Below are positions 51,336 to 64,000 of a stretch of DNA of 64,000 nt, in pieces (position 1 is the stretch's first letter; the number at the start of each line of letters is the position of its first letter). The notes beneath the pieces are model-generated. The model was not told the origin of the DNA and made no database searches. It saw only the letters and a program-made list of their open reading frames with translations. Source of the stretch: Octopus sinensis (Eukaryota); the NCBI RefSeq assembly GCF_006345805.1, contig NC_043003.1, positions 68,882,001 through 68,946,000 on the forward strand, in the 5' to 3' direction. The position numbers and the translations under genes were made by a program.

Positions 51336-51577
51336 TTCGTTTTGGAATTTGGTTTGCAAGATTATTTATGTCAGTTCGTGTGTTGAAGCATATTCTGTTG
51401 TGTCTGGGGAGAGTTATTTTTTTTGTGCCTTATAATTTAACACAGTCACCGGTAAAATTTCTACTTATTCCTTAAAATTTTAGGAAAATAAAAATAAGGA
51501 ATAAGTGGAAATTTTACCGGTGAGAGTGTTAAATTATAGGCCGCAAAAAGAAAATAACTCTCCCTAGACACAACGGA

Positions 51578-51581
<4 letters not shown>
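51336..51581. repeat. Asymmetric fold-back palindrome in (TA)n
   Basis: Arms 51390-51474 / 51495-51581 plus one-sided extension 51336-51389. Confidence 0.8.
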
Positions 51582-51649
<68 letters not shown>

Positions 51650-51978
51650 CGCGCATGCGTATCCTGCAATTTCTTTCCATTCATGGAGCTAAGATCACTT
51701 TGGAAGGTTAATGAACAAATGGATTTAATAACACTAACATACCGAAATGCACATAACCCAAAATGTAAGCAAATTTTAATAAGAAGACATCAATCTATAT
51801 ACACGGGCTTCTTTCAATTTCTATGTATTATAGTAGAAAACACGAAAGCTGCTACGCTATGGGACTGAACCCGGAGGCATTTCGTTAGGAAGCAAACCTT
51901 TTAACACACGGCCACGCCTGTACATGTATATGATATGATATGATATATATATATATATGCGTATAGATAGATAGAAAC

Positions 51979-52019
<41 letters not shown>

Positions 52020-52020
52020 C

Positions 52021-52095
<75 letters not shown>

Positions 52096-52463
52096 CAGGA
52101 AACCTGTAACCAGTCGCTGTAAATTTCTATTTTCTTTTACAATTATCATTCCTTTTATTTCTCATTCAATAAAATCTAATGTTCTATGAAAGACCCTCAT
52201 CAGTACCCCTCATCAGCGTATATATTTTCATCGTACGCCTTTAATTTTAATGGGCCCAATCTTTGATTTCTTTGTTATTTCCTTTCATATCTCTTCGCTT
52301 TATTCACCATATTTTTTCACTTGTCTAACCTTATACAGTATTTATTTGTTGTCTCCTGCTATTACTCGTTTCACTACTTTAGTTTATGCTATATCCGCAA
52401 AGAGAGAAAGAAGATAGCGATTAGCAGACGATCAAATAGTTTGACAGGCAGACATGTGGAGAT

Positions 52464-52587
<124 letters not shown>

Positions 52588-52975
52588 ACGCTGCATTTAT
52601 ATGGGAGACTTGAGAAGATATATCTCATTCATTGCTACATACACAATGCAAATATATTTATTTAACAAAGCCATGGAATTGTAATTCTGCGTTGATATAT
52701 CTGGTATAAAGAGGAAATACGAAACAAAGACTCTATCTAAACTTATCAATATCTCGCAATCTATTTCCTTCGCCCTCGCATACATTTTTCTTCTTCTTCC
52801 CTCTTTGCTTATCTCTATATCTTCTCTTTATCTTTTTTGTCACTTTCGCTATCTCTCTCTGATCTCTGTACATACACACATACATACATACATACATGTA
52901 TGTATGTATGTATGTGTGTGTGTGCGTGTGTTTGCGTTTGTATGTGTGTATATATATATATATGTATATATATAA

Positions 52976-53006
<31 letters not shown>

Positions 53007-54094
53007 TGTATTGAATGTATATGAATATATTCCGAAAATACCTTTGTTCTGTTTTTTCTTGATATTGAACAGATTTAATTCAATTTGTAATATCTGTTCC
53101 TCTTATACTTTCCTTTCAGTAGCAAATACCAAAAGCAAAATAATAGTTTTACTACTTTCCTATACAGAAAGCTGGAATTGGATGCAAAACTTGAGCAATC
53201 TCAAAGTACGTGTGCGTGCGTGTGTGTGTGTGTGTGTGTGCGCGTGTATTATTAACGCATACAATGATTGTTTCTCCATCTCTCTTTCTATACACTATAT
53301 ATACATATAAAGGGTATCTATGTAAGCTTGTATGTATGTATGTATTATCAATGGCTCGATGGATGGACTGATGGATGGCGAACGGATGGATAGATGGGTG
53401 ACTGTGTGTCTGTGTATGTGTGTTGTAGAACATCAAAATAACATTTCTGCTAAAACATCGAGATCCAACTTATATGTAAAGGAAACATAATGTGAAAATA
53501 AACATATATTTTTGTCAGTTATCTTCTACAAATGAATTCCCAAAACCTAGTTACATAACAGAAGTTAGATATAATTTGTACATTAGGTTGCTTTTTTCTG
53601 TTCTTTTTTTTCTTTTTCTTTCTTTTTTTTTTACTTTGGCTTACAATAATAACTACTACAAGCTGTTAGTATCCCAGCATACAGATTGACGCATTGTTCT
53701 TTCATATCCCGTTAGCAGCCATTTTAATTCTCCTCCCCACTTCCGGCTCTCTACTTTCTGAATTCAAATTCCACTGTGTTTGACCCTGGCTTTGCTCTTT
53801 TTATCTCCGAGTTCGATAAAAAAAAAATATCAGTTGAGCACTGAATTTTATGTAAAACATGAAGTCATTTTAATCCTCCTCTCTTTGATTTCCTCTACCA
53901 ACAGACATATTTGATGCTGTATTCATGAGTCTGAGATTATAGGTTCAAGCAGAGGATTCTTTGTGTGTTTTCTGAAAGTTTCTCTCTTTTAAAAGAAAGT
54001 GCAAGCCATGATTGTAGCAAACACAGCAAGGACAGCTGTATTTAACCACATATTTCTCTGGATTGATTTCAAGACATGATAACTTACATATATT

Positions 54095-54296
54095 GATTTC
54101 AAAGTTTGGGACAAGGCCAGCAATTTCGAGAGAGGAGCTAAATCGATTACATCGACCTCCAGTGCCCAATTTTATCGACTCCGAAAGGAGGAAAGGCAAA
54201 GTCCACCTCCACGGAACTTGAACTCAGAATCAATGATAGACGAAATGTGGCTAAGCATTTTGCCCGGCGCAGTAAAGATTGTACCACGTCGCCACT
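54095..54296 (-). mobile_element. Family-B SINE
   Basis: cgaaaggaggaaaggcaaagtccacctccacggaacttgaactcagaa. Confidence 0.75.
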
Positions 54297-54310
54297 TTCT
54301 ATCTTATATA

Positions 54311-55147
54311 CGTGGCCTGATCAATAAGTATCCGGACTGTTGCTATGAAAAAGACGCTAAAGCACGCAGTTCAAAGCCGTTTGGCAAAGATTGACCTTGA
54401 ACTCTGCTGAGTATGCGCACTAAGTTTTAATCTTCTATCTCACTTCCGCTTTTCACAGCAGTGCTTGGACGGAAGGTGTGTAGCGTGTGATCGTCGCATT
54501 GACCACGACAGAGAAAGTTAAGCAGAGAATCTGCATCAAATTTTGCCAAAAGCTTCGTGATACCTGCTCAGAGACCAAAGCAAAATTTTCAAAACGAAAA
54601 ACGTTTTCATCGTCCTCGCCTCAATCAAGGAGATCTTGTTCAACTGAAACCCGTGTGGCAGACATACGTTTCATACCCAAATATTCAGTGATAAGGAACT
54701 GAACTGAACCGTAACTAATATGCACATCCTCTGATAACTCACAAATGGTGATTCGACGATTTTCCCTCACAGCTGCATGCATATCTGCGATGTTTTTCTC
54801 AGTTCTGCAGATCGCGGGTCTCCTAGAACTTTCACCAACATCGACATTTTTTTCCGCCATCTTCTGTGCGACTCGTCCACTCCTCTCCATACACTTTCTG
54901 CAAATTTGCGTAGGCTTCTAAGTAGGTATCGCCGTGGCAACTTTCTCTGTCATGGTCAATTCGACGATCACACGCTGTACACATTCCTTCCAAACACTGC
55001 TGTAAACAGCGGGAGTGAGCTAGAATGTTAAAACTTAGTACGCATGCACAGGAGAGTTCATAGTCAATGTGTGCAAGGCGGCTTCATTCTGCGTGCTTTC
55101 ACTTCGTTACTATGCCAACAGCCCGGATATTTATTGATCAGACATCG
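54311..55147. mobile_element. Mariner derivative made of two inverted 5' ends
   Basis: 54311-54520 is the reverse complement of ~54940-55147. Transposase N-terminus appears on both strands (KQRICIKFCQKL on +; RENRRITICELSEDVHISYGSVQ..LGMKR on -). Confidence 0.85.
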
Positions 55148-55471
55148 TCTATTAACCTAATCATCATTGCATTTTGCATCTTACACGCCATAGATATGGC
55201 AAGCGATGTCGCTATGCTTTATACCATTATGTACAAAATTTCGTAAAGTACAAATCTTTTGTCTCTTACCTACTTCACTTATCAGACTGTGATTATGCTA
55301 GAGCAACGCCTCGAAAGATTTTTAGTCAAATAAATTAACCGTAGTGTTTACTATATATGTAGTTATCATTTCAAACCTACTACTTATCTCTTTTCGCCAA
55401 ACCACTAAGTTACGGCTGTCAACCAGATGTGGGTGGACAAACGCAGACACGAACACACACACATGTATGTA

Positions 55472-55506
<35 letters not shown>

Positions 55507-55532
55507 GATATATATATATATATATATATATA

Positions 55533-55798
55533 ATTAATTAGAGACAAAACCACTATTATGCAAATCAAACAAAGAAAGACTTAATCCAATACATAAAAAA
55601 TTTTATATAAATTAAATATAATCTTAATTATATTTAATTTATATAAAAAATTTTATGTGTTGGATTAAGTCTTTCTTTGTTTGATTTGCATAATAGTGGT
55701 TTTGTCTCTAATTAATATTATATTATATTTTACTATAAAATTGGATTCAATCCTAAATCTGATTTTTCCCTGTAAATTTGGATTTATTCCCTAATATT

Positions 55799-55803
<5 letters not shown>
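55533..55803. repeat. Asymmetric fold-back palindrome in (TA)n
   Basis: Arms ~55533-55622 / 55626-55716 plus extension to 55803; same family as 57006-57331. Confidence 0.85.
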
Positions 55804-55839
<36 letters not shown>

Positions 55840-55960
55840 TATATATATATATAATATATATATGATAAATGAAAAAACGAAGAACAGACACACAAAAAAC
55901 AACACGAGGACGTGGTACAAGTAAGGTACTAGCAGACGCTCGACGAAGTAAAGAAATCTG

Positions 55961-55996
55961 GTTTAATGCTTCGAGCAGAGCTCTTCTTCAGAAATT
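55961..55996 (-). ncRNA. Degenerate minimal HHR of Penelope pLTR type
   Basis: Reverse complement ttt|CTGAAGA|a-gagc-tct-gctc|GAAG|cat|TA|aac. Confidence 0.5.
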
Positions 55997-56334
55997 GAGG
56001 TAGGCCCAATAGAAAAGAAAGACGGAGGAAGAAAATCGCCATCGATTCATATGGACGGTCTTCCTTTAGTTTCCATTTTCCAAAATCACTCACAAGTCAG
56101 TCGTTGGTCAGCCCGAAGCTATTGTAGAATACAGTTATCCAAAGTGTCCCCCAGTGAGACAGAACCCCTAAGGAATCTATGTTGGAAAACAATCTTCCTC
56201 CGAGGCAACCACCCAAGAAAATGAAACGATCTTTATTTCCTTATCTATTTTAGGATAACCTTTTCAAAAAGCTCTAACAAATAGCTTAACACAAACATAT
56301 TAACCTTCAAAGTACACGCATGAAATAAATATTT

Positions 56335-56532
56335 ATTTCAAATTTCAGCATAAGACCAGCACAAGAGAAGGGGTAGGACGATTGCATCGACCCCAGTACT
56401 CAACTGGTACCTATTTTAGAATGACAGGTACAAAATCGACTATGGTGGAATTTGGGCTCAGAGCATGACGACGGATGAAACGTTTCTCAGCATTTCACTC
56501 GGTGCACTAACGATTCTGCCAGGTCGACGCCT
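56335..56532 (-). mobile_element. Family-B SINE (diverged)
   Basis: atcgaccccagtactcaactggtacc...ctaacgattctgcc. Confidence 0.7.
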
Positions 56533-56784
56533 ACATGGTTAAAATAAATACTCTTGTTAACATCAGAAAAACACTGGTACATATTTTATAGAATTACATA
56601 GAAACGCATAGAACATAACGGATAGATAAGTGTAAAGTTATCTGTGCCTCGAAGAGGAATTGAATGTGTGAATTGTATTTACTAAGAAATGGTGTCGGAT
56701 TCCATGGATGTTAGTTAAATGGTTTGTGTTATTGTTATTTATGCAAAAAGTTAACTTCTCCTTATCAATGGAACTTACTGTAGC

Positions 56785-56819
<35 letters not shown>

Positions 56820-56825
56820 GTATAT

Positions 56826-56892
<67 letters not shown>

Positions 56893-56895
56893 ATG

Positions 56896-56926
<31 letters not shown>

Positions 56927-56937
56927 GTATGTATATG

Positions 56938-57005
<68 letters not shown>

Positions 57006-57010
<5 letters not shown>

Positions 57011-57323
57011 AAATATTAGGGAATAAATCCAAACTTACAGGGAAAAATCAGATTAGGATTGAATCCAATTTTATAGTAAAATATTATATTATATTAAATT
57101 AGAGATAAAACCACTATTAGGCAAATCATACAATGAAAAACTTAAGCCAATACATAAGATTAATTAATTTATATTATTTAAATATATATAAAAATTATTA
57201 AAATGAATTATCTTTTTTAATAATTTTGATATATATTTAAATAATATAAATTAATTAATCTTATGTATTGGCTTAAGTTTTTCATTGTATGATTTGCCTA
57301 ATAGTGGTTTTATCTCTAATTTA

Positions 57324-57331
<8 letters not shown>
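57006..57331. repeat. Asymmetric fold-back palindrome in (TA)n, inverted relative to 55533-55803
   Basis: Extension 57006-57085, then ~115-bp arms. Confidence 0.85.
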
Positions 57332-57355
<24 letters not shown>

Positions 57356-57559
57356 GATATAGGCAAATCAAATAGGAACAGTAAACACAACGGTTAGTTG
57401 GGTTTACACGATGAATACGACTATATTGGGCTGATTCTCTGTGAAAGTGTTTAGATGAAAAAACAGCAGTGACGTTCCGAACATGGGTCTTCGTCGAAAA
57501 GCGCAAAAAAGTACAGAGAAAAAGAAAAGGAGAAAGGATCGAATAGTTCGAGAAAAGCA

Positions 57560-58560
57560 TGTACGTATATCATGACATGTCCTGGCATCACTCTTGGGAG
57601 TAGAGCCTCATCTCTTTTAGCCTCTCTCAATCTATTGCACCGATAGATATCGCACCAGTTTTATTTATGTGGTGACTTTAATAGCCTCGAGTTCGGTTGT
57701 TAGTTTCACTCTTTTTGTTGACCACAGTTAGGTTCAGTAATTTAGGTGATTGCAAAGAAATGTTCTTCATAGAAGTAGGACGATTCCTTATCCTTGATCC
57801 TGAATGATTTCAGAATCCAACCAACCACTTTCCAGTACAACGGGGACCACTCAGCAATAAGCTCATGGATGTTGTATCAATACTCACGTAGATTCCTCGG
57901 ACACGCATCGATTCTGCCTCTGGGACTGCACAACTCGCAGGCCATTTGTTTTCCGATTATGGACCGATAGTGGAGTATTTGAAACTTTTCAGCATTGAAC
58001 CACATAGTATTTTCTTCATCCCACTTGTATATGGCATTCAGATCTTTCTGAAATTGTAGGGTGTTGTCGAGGCAATTGGCCACTTGCGACACTTTAGTAT
58101 CATTATCATAGCTGGTGAGTATGGCTGGCTGTATGATTGAGAGCATGTCTTACAAGACCACCGCAAAAAGTAGTGGTTGCATTATAGTTCCCTGAGGCAC
58201 ACCGCTGAGAAATGGTGTCACTTAAGAGAGAGCGCCAATGGTTGCAACCGGTCACTGCTTTTGAAAAAATCATGCATCAACTCTCTTAGTTTTCCAGCGA
58301 TACAAATGTCACGCAGTTTGTGACATGTAATTCCATTGTCGACTTTGTCGAAGGTCTCGGCAAAGGCAAGGTAAATCACATCCACATTTGAGCGGTTGTG
58401 TTCTTGTTTCAGTACCCAGTCATTATGCTGCCGTAGCTGTGTGAGGCAGCTCCTCGCTGAACGGAAGCCATGTTGTGTGTTTGTGAGCAAGCTGTTTTCT
58501 TCGAGGAATGTGAACAGCGGGAAATCCATCTTGGCCTGGTGACGAGTTTAAGCTTATCTC
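57560..58560 (-). mobile_element. CR1-group LINE RT core, decayed
   Basis: QHGFRSARSCLTQL; DVIYLAFAETFDKV; PQGTIMQPLLF; SYDNDTKV; LQKDL-like; FNAEKFQILH (ORFs 58218-58529, 57877-58146). Confidence 0.9.
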
Positions 58561-58828
58561 ATCAAAGGCAGATATTACATCTCCCTTTATGGTGATGTCA
58601 TTAATGACTGTCTCTTTCTAGACGAAGACCAATATTCGAGACGTCATTTCCTCTCGTATTTTTTTGTCTAAAACTTTCACAGACCATCAAGTTAATGTAT
58701 TCACTGTGCACGTCGAATTGATGTTTATTTTTTATCTCTTTTTTTTGTTCCTTTTGTTTTATACTTGAATTTGCCTATATATGGATACATAAAGAGAGAG
58801 AAATACATACATGCACACACATATGCAT

Positions 58829-59712
58829 GATGGGGTACCCAAATGAAACCGGAATTTGCAATGTTATTCTATTCACTTAGCTTTACATGTTTACACTTTT
58901 ATCGCCTTCAAAGTATTCTCCATTTGAAGCAATGCATCGGTCCAGACGCGTTTTACGCTATTCGAAACAGTACTGAATTCTTGCAAAGTGATGCCTTTTA
59001 ACGCCTCCGTCATTTTTTTCTTCACCTCTTCCACATCTTTAAATTCCGTAGCACCAGCGTTCGGCACTAGTGATGACCTTCGAAAAAAGGTCCAGATCAA
59101 ATTCCAACTGTTCTTTCCGTTAACGACACGCATTCTGTCATGACTGCTTCTGATCTTCTGTGAGTGAGCGAGGCACAAATTTTGCTGCAACTCTTTTCAT
59201 TCGCAATAACTTGCTCAAAATTTGTTGGCAGGAACCTCGGGGCATACCACTTATTTAAAACAAAGTTAATCAGTTGTTCGGTGATGGTCATCCAAGATCA
59301 CTTCATGAATTTTCATGTTTCTATTCGTTCGGGAGGTCGACGGTTGCCCTGTCCGAGGTTGGTCTTCAAGCGACAAAACACCTTTTCTAAAGAGTGAAAA
59401 CCACTCGTAAACTTATGTTTTGCTCATGGCGGGGTCCTTGTAAGCTGTTTGAAGCATGGCAACTGTTTCGGTCGCCATTTTCCCCCGGAGAAAACAGCAT
59501 TTCACGGAAACATCCTGTTCCTTCGATTCAGCCATCGCAAAAATCGACGAAGAGAAGAGAAGCACCACATGACAGTACGATCCTAATGGACGTCACCGGT
59601 TGGCAGACTGATGCCTGAGGGTCGCATAAAGTGGCTTCAAGCGGTGGAAGTCCGAAATGCAACGGGCTTGTCCCACTGAGAACGTTACCGGTTACTTTTC
59701 GGTACCGCTTCA
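58829..59712 (-). mobile_element. Internally deleted mariner (irritans-like)
   Basis: Imperfect TIRs (ggtacccaaatgaaaccgg / ccggttacttttcggtacc). ATG at 59535: MAESKEQ..VYEWF..LRMKRVAAKFVPRSLTEDQK..KVITSAE, joined to FKDVEEVKKK..RCIASNGEYFEGD. Confidence 0.85.
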
Positions 59713-62700
59713 TATAAACTAATATATGTTTATATACATAGATATACGCATGCATATACTGATAAATATCTACTTACATATATATATACATATAGAGATA
59801 TGTATACATGAGTGTATATATACAGATATATATAAACATATATATTATGTATATGTGAACATATATGGGTATATATATTTACATATATATGGATATATAT
59901 ATGTACGTATGTAAGTCGGAGACTATACGCATATGTTTATCTACGTATAATATAAAACAGTAACATATATATTGGGTCATATAACCTTTCATTGTTTAAT
60001 ATAATTACAAAATAACATAACCATTCGATAAGACGAAGTAGATACGAGATATTTATACTTTTACATTGTATTACATTTCGTAAAGAACAACAAAAACAAA
60101 CTACAGCATTATCTTTCTTGAACAGTAATAACAATTTCCTCGTCATTTTCTATAATTTCTGTTGTTATAGAAGTATGTAGTTATTTTCTTTCACAGCAGC
60201 TTCATGTGAAAATGATAGCTTATATATTATCTAAGATGGTTTCTTTTAAGAATTGTCTATTCTTAGGATGCATAACAGCACGGTGTAACTATATGTGTTA
60301 AGTAAGATAACTGTAATTTTTCTCTTAAGAAAATATTTTTCATATTATACGGCACCGTTTTCTCTACATGCAGTCTGAGAGTTTTTATTGGCAAAAAAAA
60401 ACATTTTGATTCATAGTTAAAATGATTTTCTGTGTAGTTATGTATTATATACTAGTATTTCTTTACTACATATACAGACAATAAAAACAATGAAATGAAT
60501 ATGACTAAAATTCCTGACGTTTATATTTAAGTGAATCAATACAGAACAGGACAGAAAGCCGTTCATTTTTTTTTTAGCGTTTCACAGCATGAAACTACAA
60601 CTAAAGTTCACAGCAAGAAGCGGCGACACTTTCGTGATCTCTTATGACATGTTCGCTTGTAAATATGATAAAGACTTAATCTTATTTTGTTTTAATTTGT
60701 ATTTTGTATTTAAAATTCATATTTCTGATCCCGTTATGGTTAATGTAAAAAGTCACTATCTCTCTTTCAATCACTGCCACTAGGACAATTGTTTTGTATG
60801 ACATTTGTTCTATACGACAATTTGCACACACGATCGTCCTTTATTTCACGTTTCCAACAAATTCATCACTATTTCCTTTTATTTCTGTACGAAAGATTCC
60901 CAACGGAGTGACTAACTCAATGCAAAACAAATATCTCAAGGGTCATCTGCATTTGGTTCTCATCCTCTGAAAATATTATCGTGGTACACCTGGGAGGGAA
61001 GAGATCTTGTTACCACTCACTTCAGGTGTGAAGAGGGGCACATGACCTGCATTTATATGCACGGCTTCAAAGAGGGCCGCCTGCATTTATTTCTTCTTTT
61101 GATTGCACTTTCTCTCTGTTCGTTCCCGCTTCTTGTCGCTGATTGTAGCTGTAAGTGCAAGCTTCGCATCATTCTGTTAAGTCCTGGAAATAAGGGCTAA
61201 GCAATATTCTCAGATTTCTCCAGAGATGCATCAGATGCCATCTTAGGAACAGTAGACTCTGTTGGTCGTTGCTGATCTTGGTCGTAATTTCCTCTTGTGA
61301 AACCTTCTGGACTGGAAACGTGACTTTTACTCCACATATTTAACAGCTGATGTTTCTGACAAGGATGGTTAGTCTGCTTTCTCCTCGGTATCTTCTACAG
61401 AGAACAACTAAGGGATCATTTTGTCGTCTTACTGAATGAATCATCAACGGTGACGTCGGTGTTTTGAACGGTGACTCATGCTTTGCTCTTCCATACATTA
61501 TGGGATCATTATGAGCAAGTGGGTTTCCTGTTGTGCTTTTTCCACATCCACTATTTTGAATAGGATGCATATTGTTCCATATATTCTTATTAACGAGCAC
61601 AAGCACAAGAACAACATTTCTCAGCAGTAACGAGAAGGCATCTTTCATTCAAAATACTGTGCAATACAAACAGACGGCAACACAACTCTCTCATGAATAG
61701 CATAATGTATCTTAAAACAATATATTGCACAACATAGACAAGCATAATAACAACTTTCTGGAAAATGGTGAGAACATATTTCGGCTCAAAAATTCTGTAA
61801 AGTAAAGAACGGTGCTACAACTTGCTCAAGATCAACGTGAACAGATCTTAGAACTCGGTCCTGGGTAGCAACGATAAGTACACGAGCAACCTTTGTGACA
61901 ACATTTTTAGGTATTGCCGCTCGTTCAGCACTAAACAGTCTCAGTGCCAATCATTTCGAGTTCAATTGTGCCTTTCATCCTTTGAGAGATCGATAAAAGA
62001 AAGAGAAGTGTATATTTTTTTAAACTACAATAACTGAACGCAAGCAGTATCTAACGCTCAGTACATGCTTCCGTATACTACTACTATATAAGATACGTTG
62101 CCGCTTTCTTTCAACTTAATACTATGTACTTTTCGGTTTATCAAGCGATACAGCCGAATACCTTCGCTCTCTTATTATTTAATATTGCCTCAGTTGTCAA
62201 GAATATAACCAGTTCATTAGAAAATGTTATCAAATATATATTGGGATATATCTTGAGAGATGGTTATATATTATCCTCTTTGTGACATTTAAGCACCGGA
62301 TACTGGTTTACTTAAATGCAAAATAGATGCAAGCATTTATATGAGGAAAATTTTTATATGAAATATTCAATCTTTGTCTTTTCTTAGAACTGGAAAATTT
62401 GATTTTAATCACCGAGGTTGTGTCCAAAGGTTCAATAAATAAATTAAACTTTAAGTTAAGGCAATCCTATTAGAACAACGACAGCGTCGAAGACACAAAA
62501 GAGCCATTCAAAAACACGAAACGCAGTGGAACTATGTCAGTGACCAGGACACAATTGGTGCGACAAAAATTTTGACACTAAATAGTAAATATAAAATGTT
62601 TAAGTTAACAGTGTTTCCGACTGGCCAATGTATGTCTTCTACGCTATAATTGATTTAGTTTCAACACAGTCTCAGATCAAATCACTTGGCAGACACTTAC

Positions 62701-63645
62701 ACCTCTGAAATTCTATTATAGATTCAGTAATATTATCGAATTCCATTTCTACCATCATTTTGCATTATCATTTTTTTATGACTTTAGCAGACATGAAAAC
62801 GCAACTTTTATTCGGTATCTACACATTATCTGCTGTATTTTCTCCTTCCTGTGCCATCAGCTTCACAAACGAACGACATCATTTACAGTATTATAAGCTA
62901 GTCATGCAATAAAATGTGTGGTGAGAATTATTTATGATGTTTTATACATTTACTTACTCTAAGTAACCGACATCTAGCAATAACCAACGTACTTATTTCA
63001 AAATTCAAATATATATATATATTTATACATCGGTTGATAATATCAATAATTCTGTAACCGCAGACACATAGAGAGAAACATTGCGTTATAAAATCTGAAA
63101 CCTAAAATTTCCAATGAAACACCAATAGATATTGTATAACATTTTTTCAGGCATAAAATATAATTGTGATCTGCATTCTGAACATATATTTTGTTCTCAA
63201 GTCGAAATCAGATACGCAAATCCGTGTTTCATTACAGCTCCTAAATATACAATTTGTTGGGTACAATATATCCTATATAAAAATCAGTATATTACTTTAT
63301 ATATATATATATGTGTGTGTGTATGTATGTATATAAATTTTATCCCATAATGTAAGTATATATATATACTTTGAATATTCTTTTCGAAAATCTCATCAAG
63401 TGGCCAGCATATTATAATACCTTTTACGGTAAAAATTATAAACAATTATAAGTAACATCCGTTGGATTAATCCCGAAATCATTCGCTTCAGAGATAATGA
63501 ATTCTAAAAAAAATTGTTAGCTTGCTTTCCTCGTTTTCAACACCACCTGTATTTATAGTGATGTATATTGAATGTGATTGACGATTTAAAGTGTATTTCT
63601 CAGCATATTGGCATTGAAATTTTTCTTTTGCCCCTATTATAATTT

Positions 63646-63709
<64 letters not shown>

Positions 63710-63712
<3 letters not shown>

Positions 63713-63872
63713 GACAGGCTTCTTTCAGTTTGCGTCTACCAAATCCACTCACAGAAAGAGTTGGTCGGCCGGAGGCTATGGTAGAAAGCACTTACCCAAG
63801 GTGCCACGCAGTGGGAATGAACTCGGAACCATGTGGTTGGCAAGCAAGCTACTTACCACACAGCCACTCCTC
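63710..63872 (-). mobile_element. Family-A SINE head in (TA)n
   Basis: cccaaggtgccacgcagtggg...cttaccacacagccactcct. Confidence 0.85.
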
Positions 63873-63881
63873 TATATATAT

Positions 63882-63979
<98 letters not shown>

Positions 63980-64000
63980 GCACATCATCAAATTAAGCAA

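Noticed and set aside
52195-52222. Two CTGATGA motifs on the minus strand
   Set aside because: No properly placed GAAA, stem II or stem III to complete a hammerhead.
60780-61650. GC-richer block resembling a host exon or a pogo/Fot1 transposase C-terminus
   Set aside because: Stops in all frames and only vague similarity; cannot be assigned without a profile search.

Overview
AT-rich, microsatellite-saturated animal genomic DNA with no convincing host protein-coding exon. The tRNA-derived SINE families, Dong/R4-, CR1-, RTE- and Tx1-type LINE debris and the (TA)n/(TACA)n/(GATA)n load suggest an octopus (coleoid cephalopod) intron or intergenic region; this is inferred from repeat content. Almost every ORF in the supplied track is a microsatellite artefact or a decayed transposon fragment. 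Recognisable elements include a decayed Tc1, four mariner derivatives (one full length), a non-autonomous Helitron, several MITEs and many SINEs from four families. The most interesting layer is non-coding. There are several type I hammerhead-ribozyme (HHR) elements: (i) a 593-nt-period, terminally redundant, highly structured retrozyme-like unit with an intact HHR and a long stem II (9992-10725); (ii) a second long-stem-II HHR rod (21882-22075); (iii) a 177-nt tandem/inverted unit whose HHR carries the U3-A8 core covariant (1905-2270). There is also a recurring class of asymmetric fold-back palindromes inserted in (TA)n, and microsatellite-associated retroelements, including a (GATA)n-embedded Tx1-like ORF1-only derivative. 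Coordinates were read by eye and element ends may be off by a few bases.
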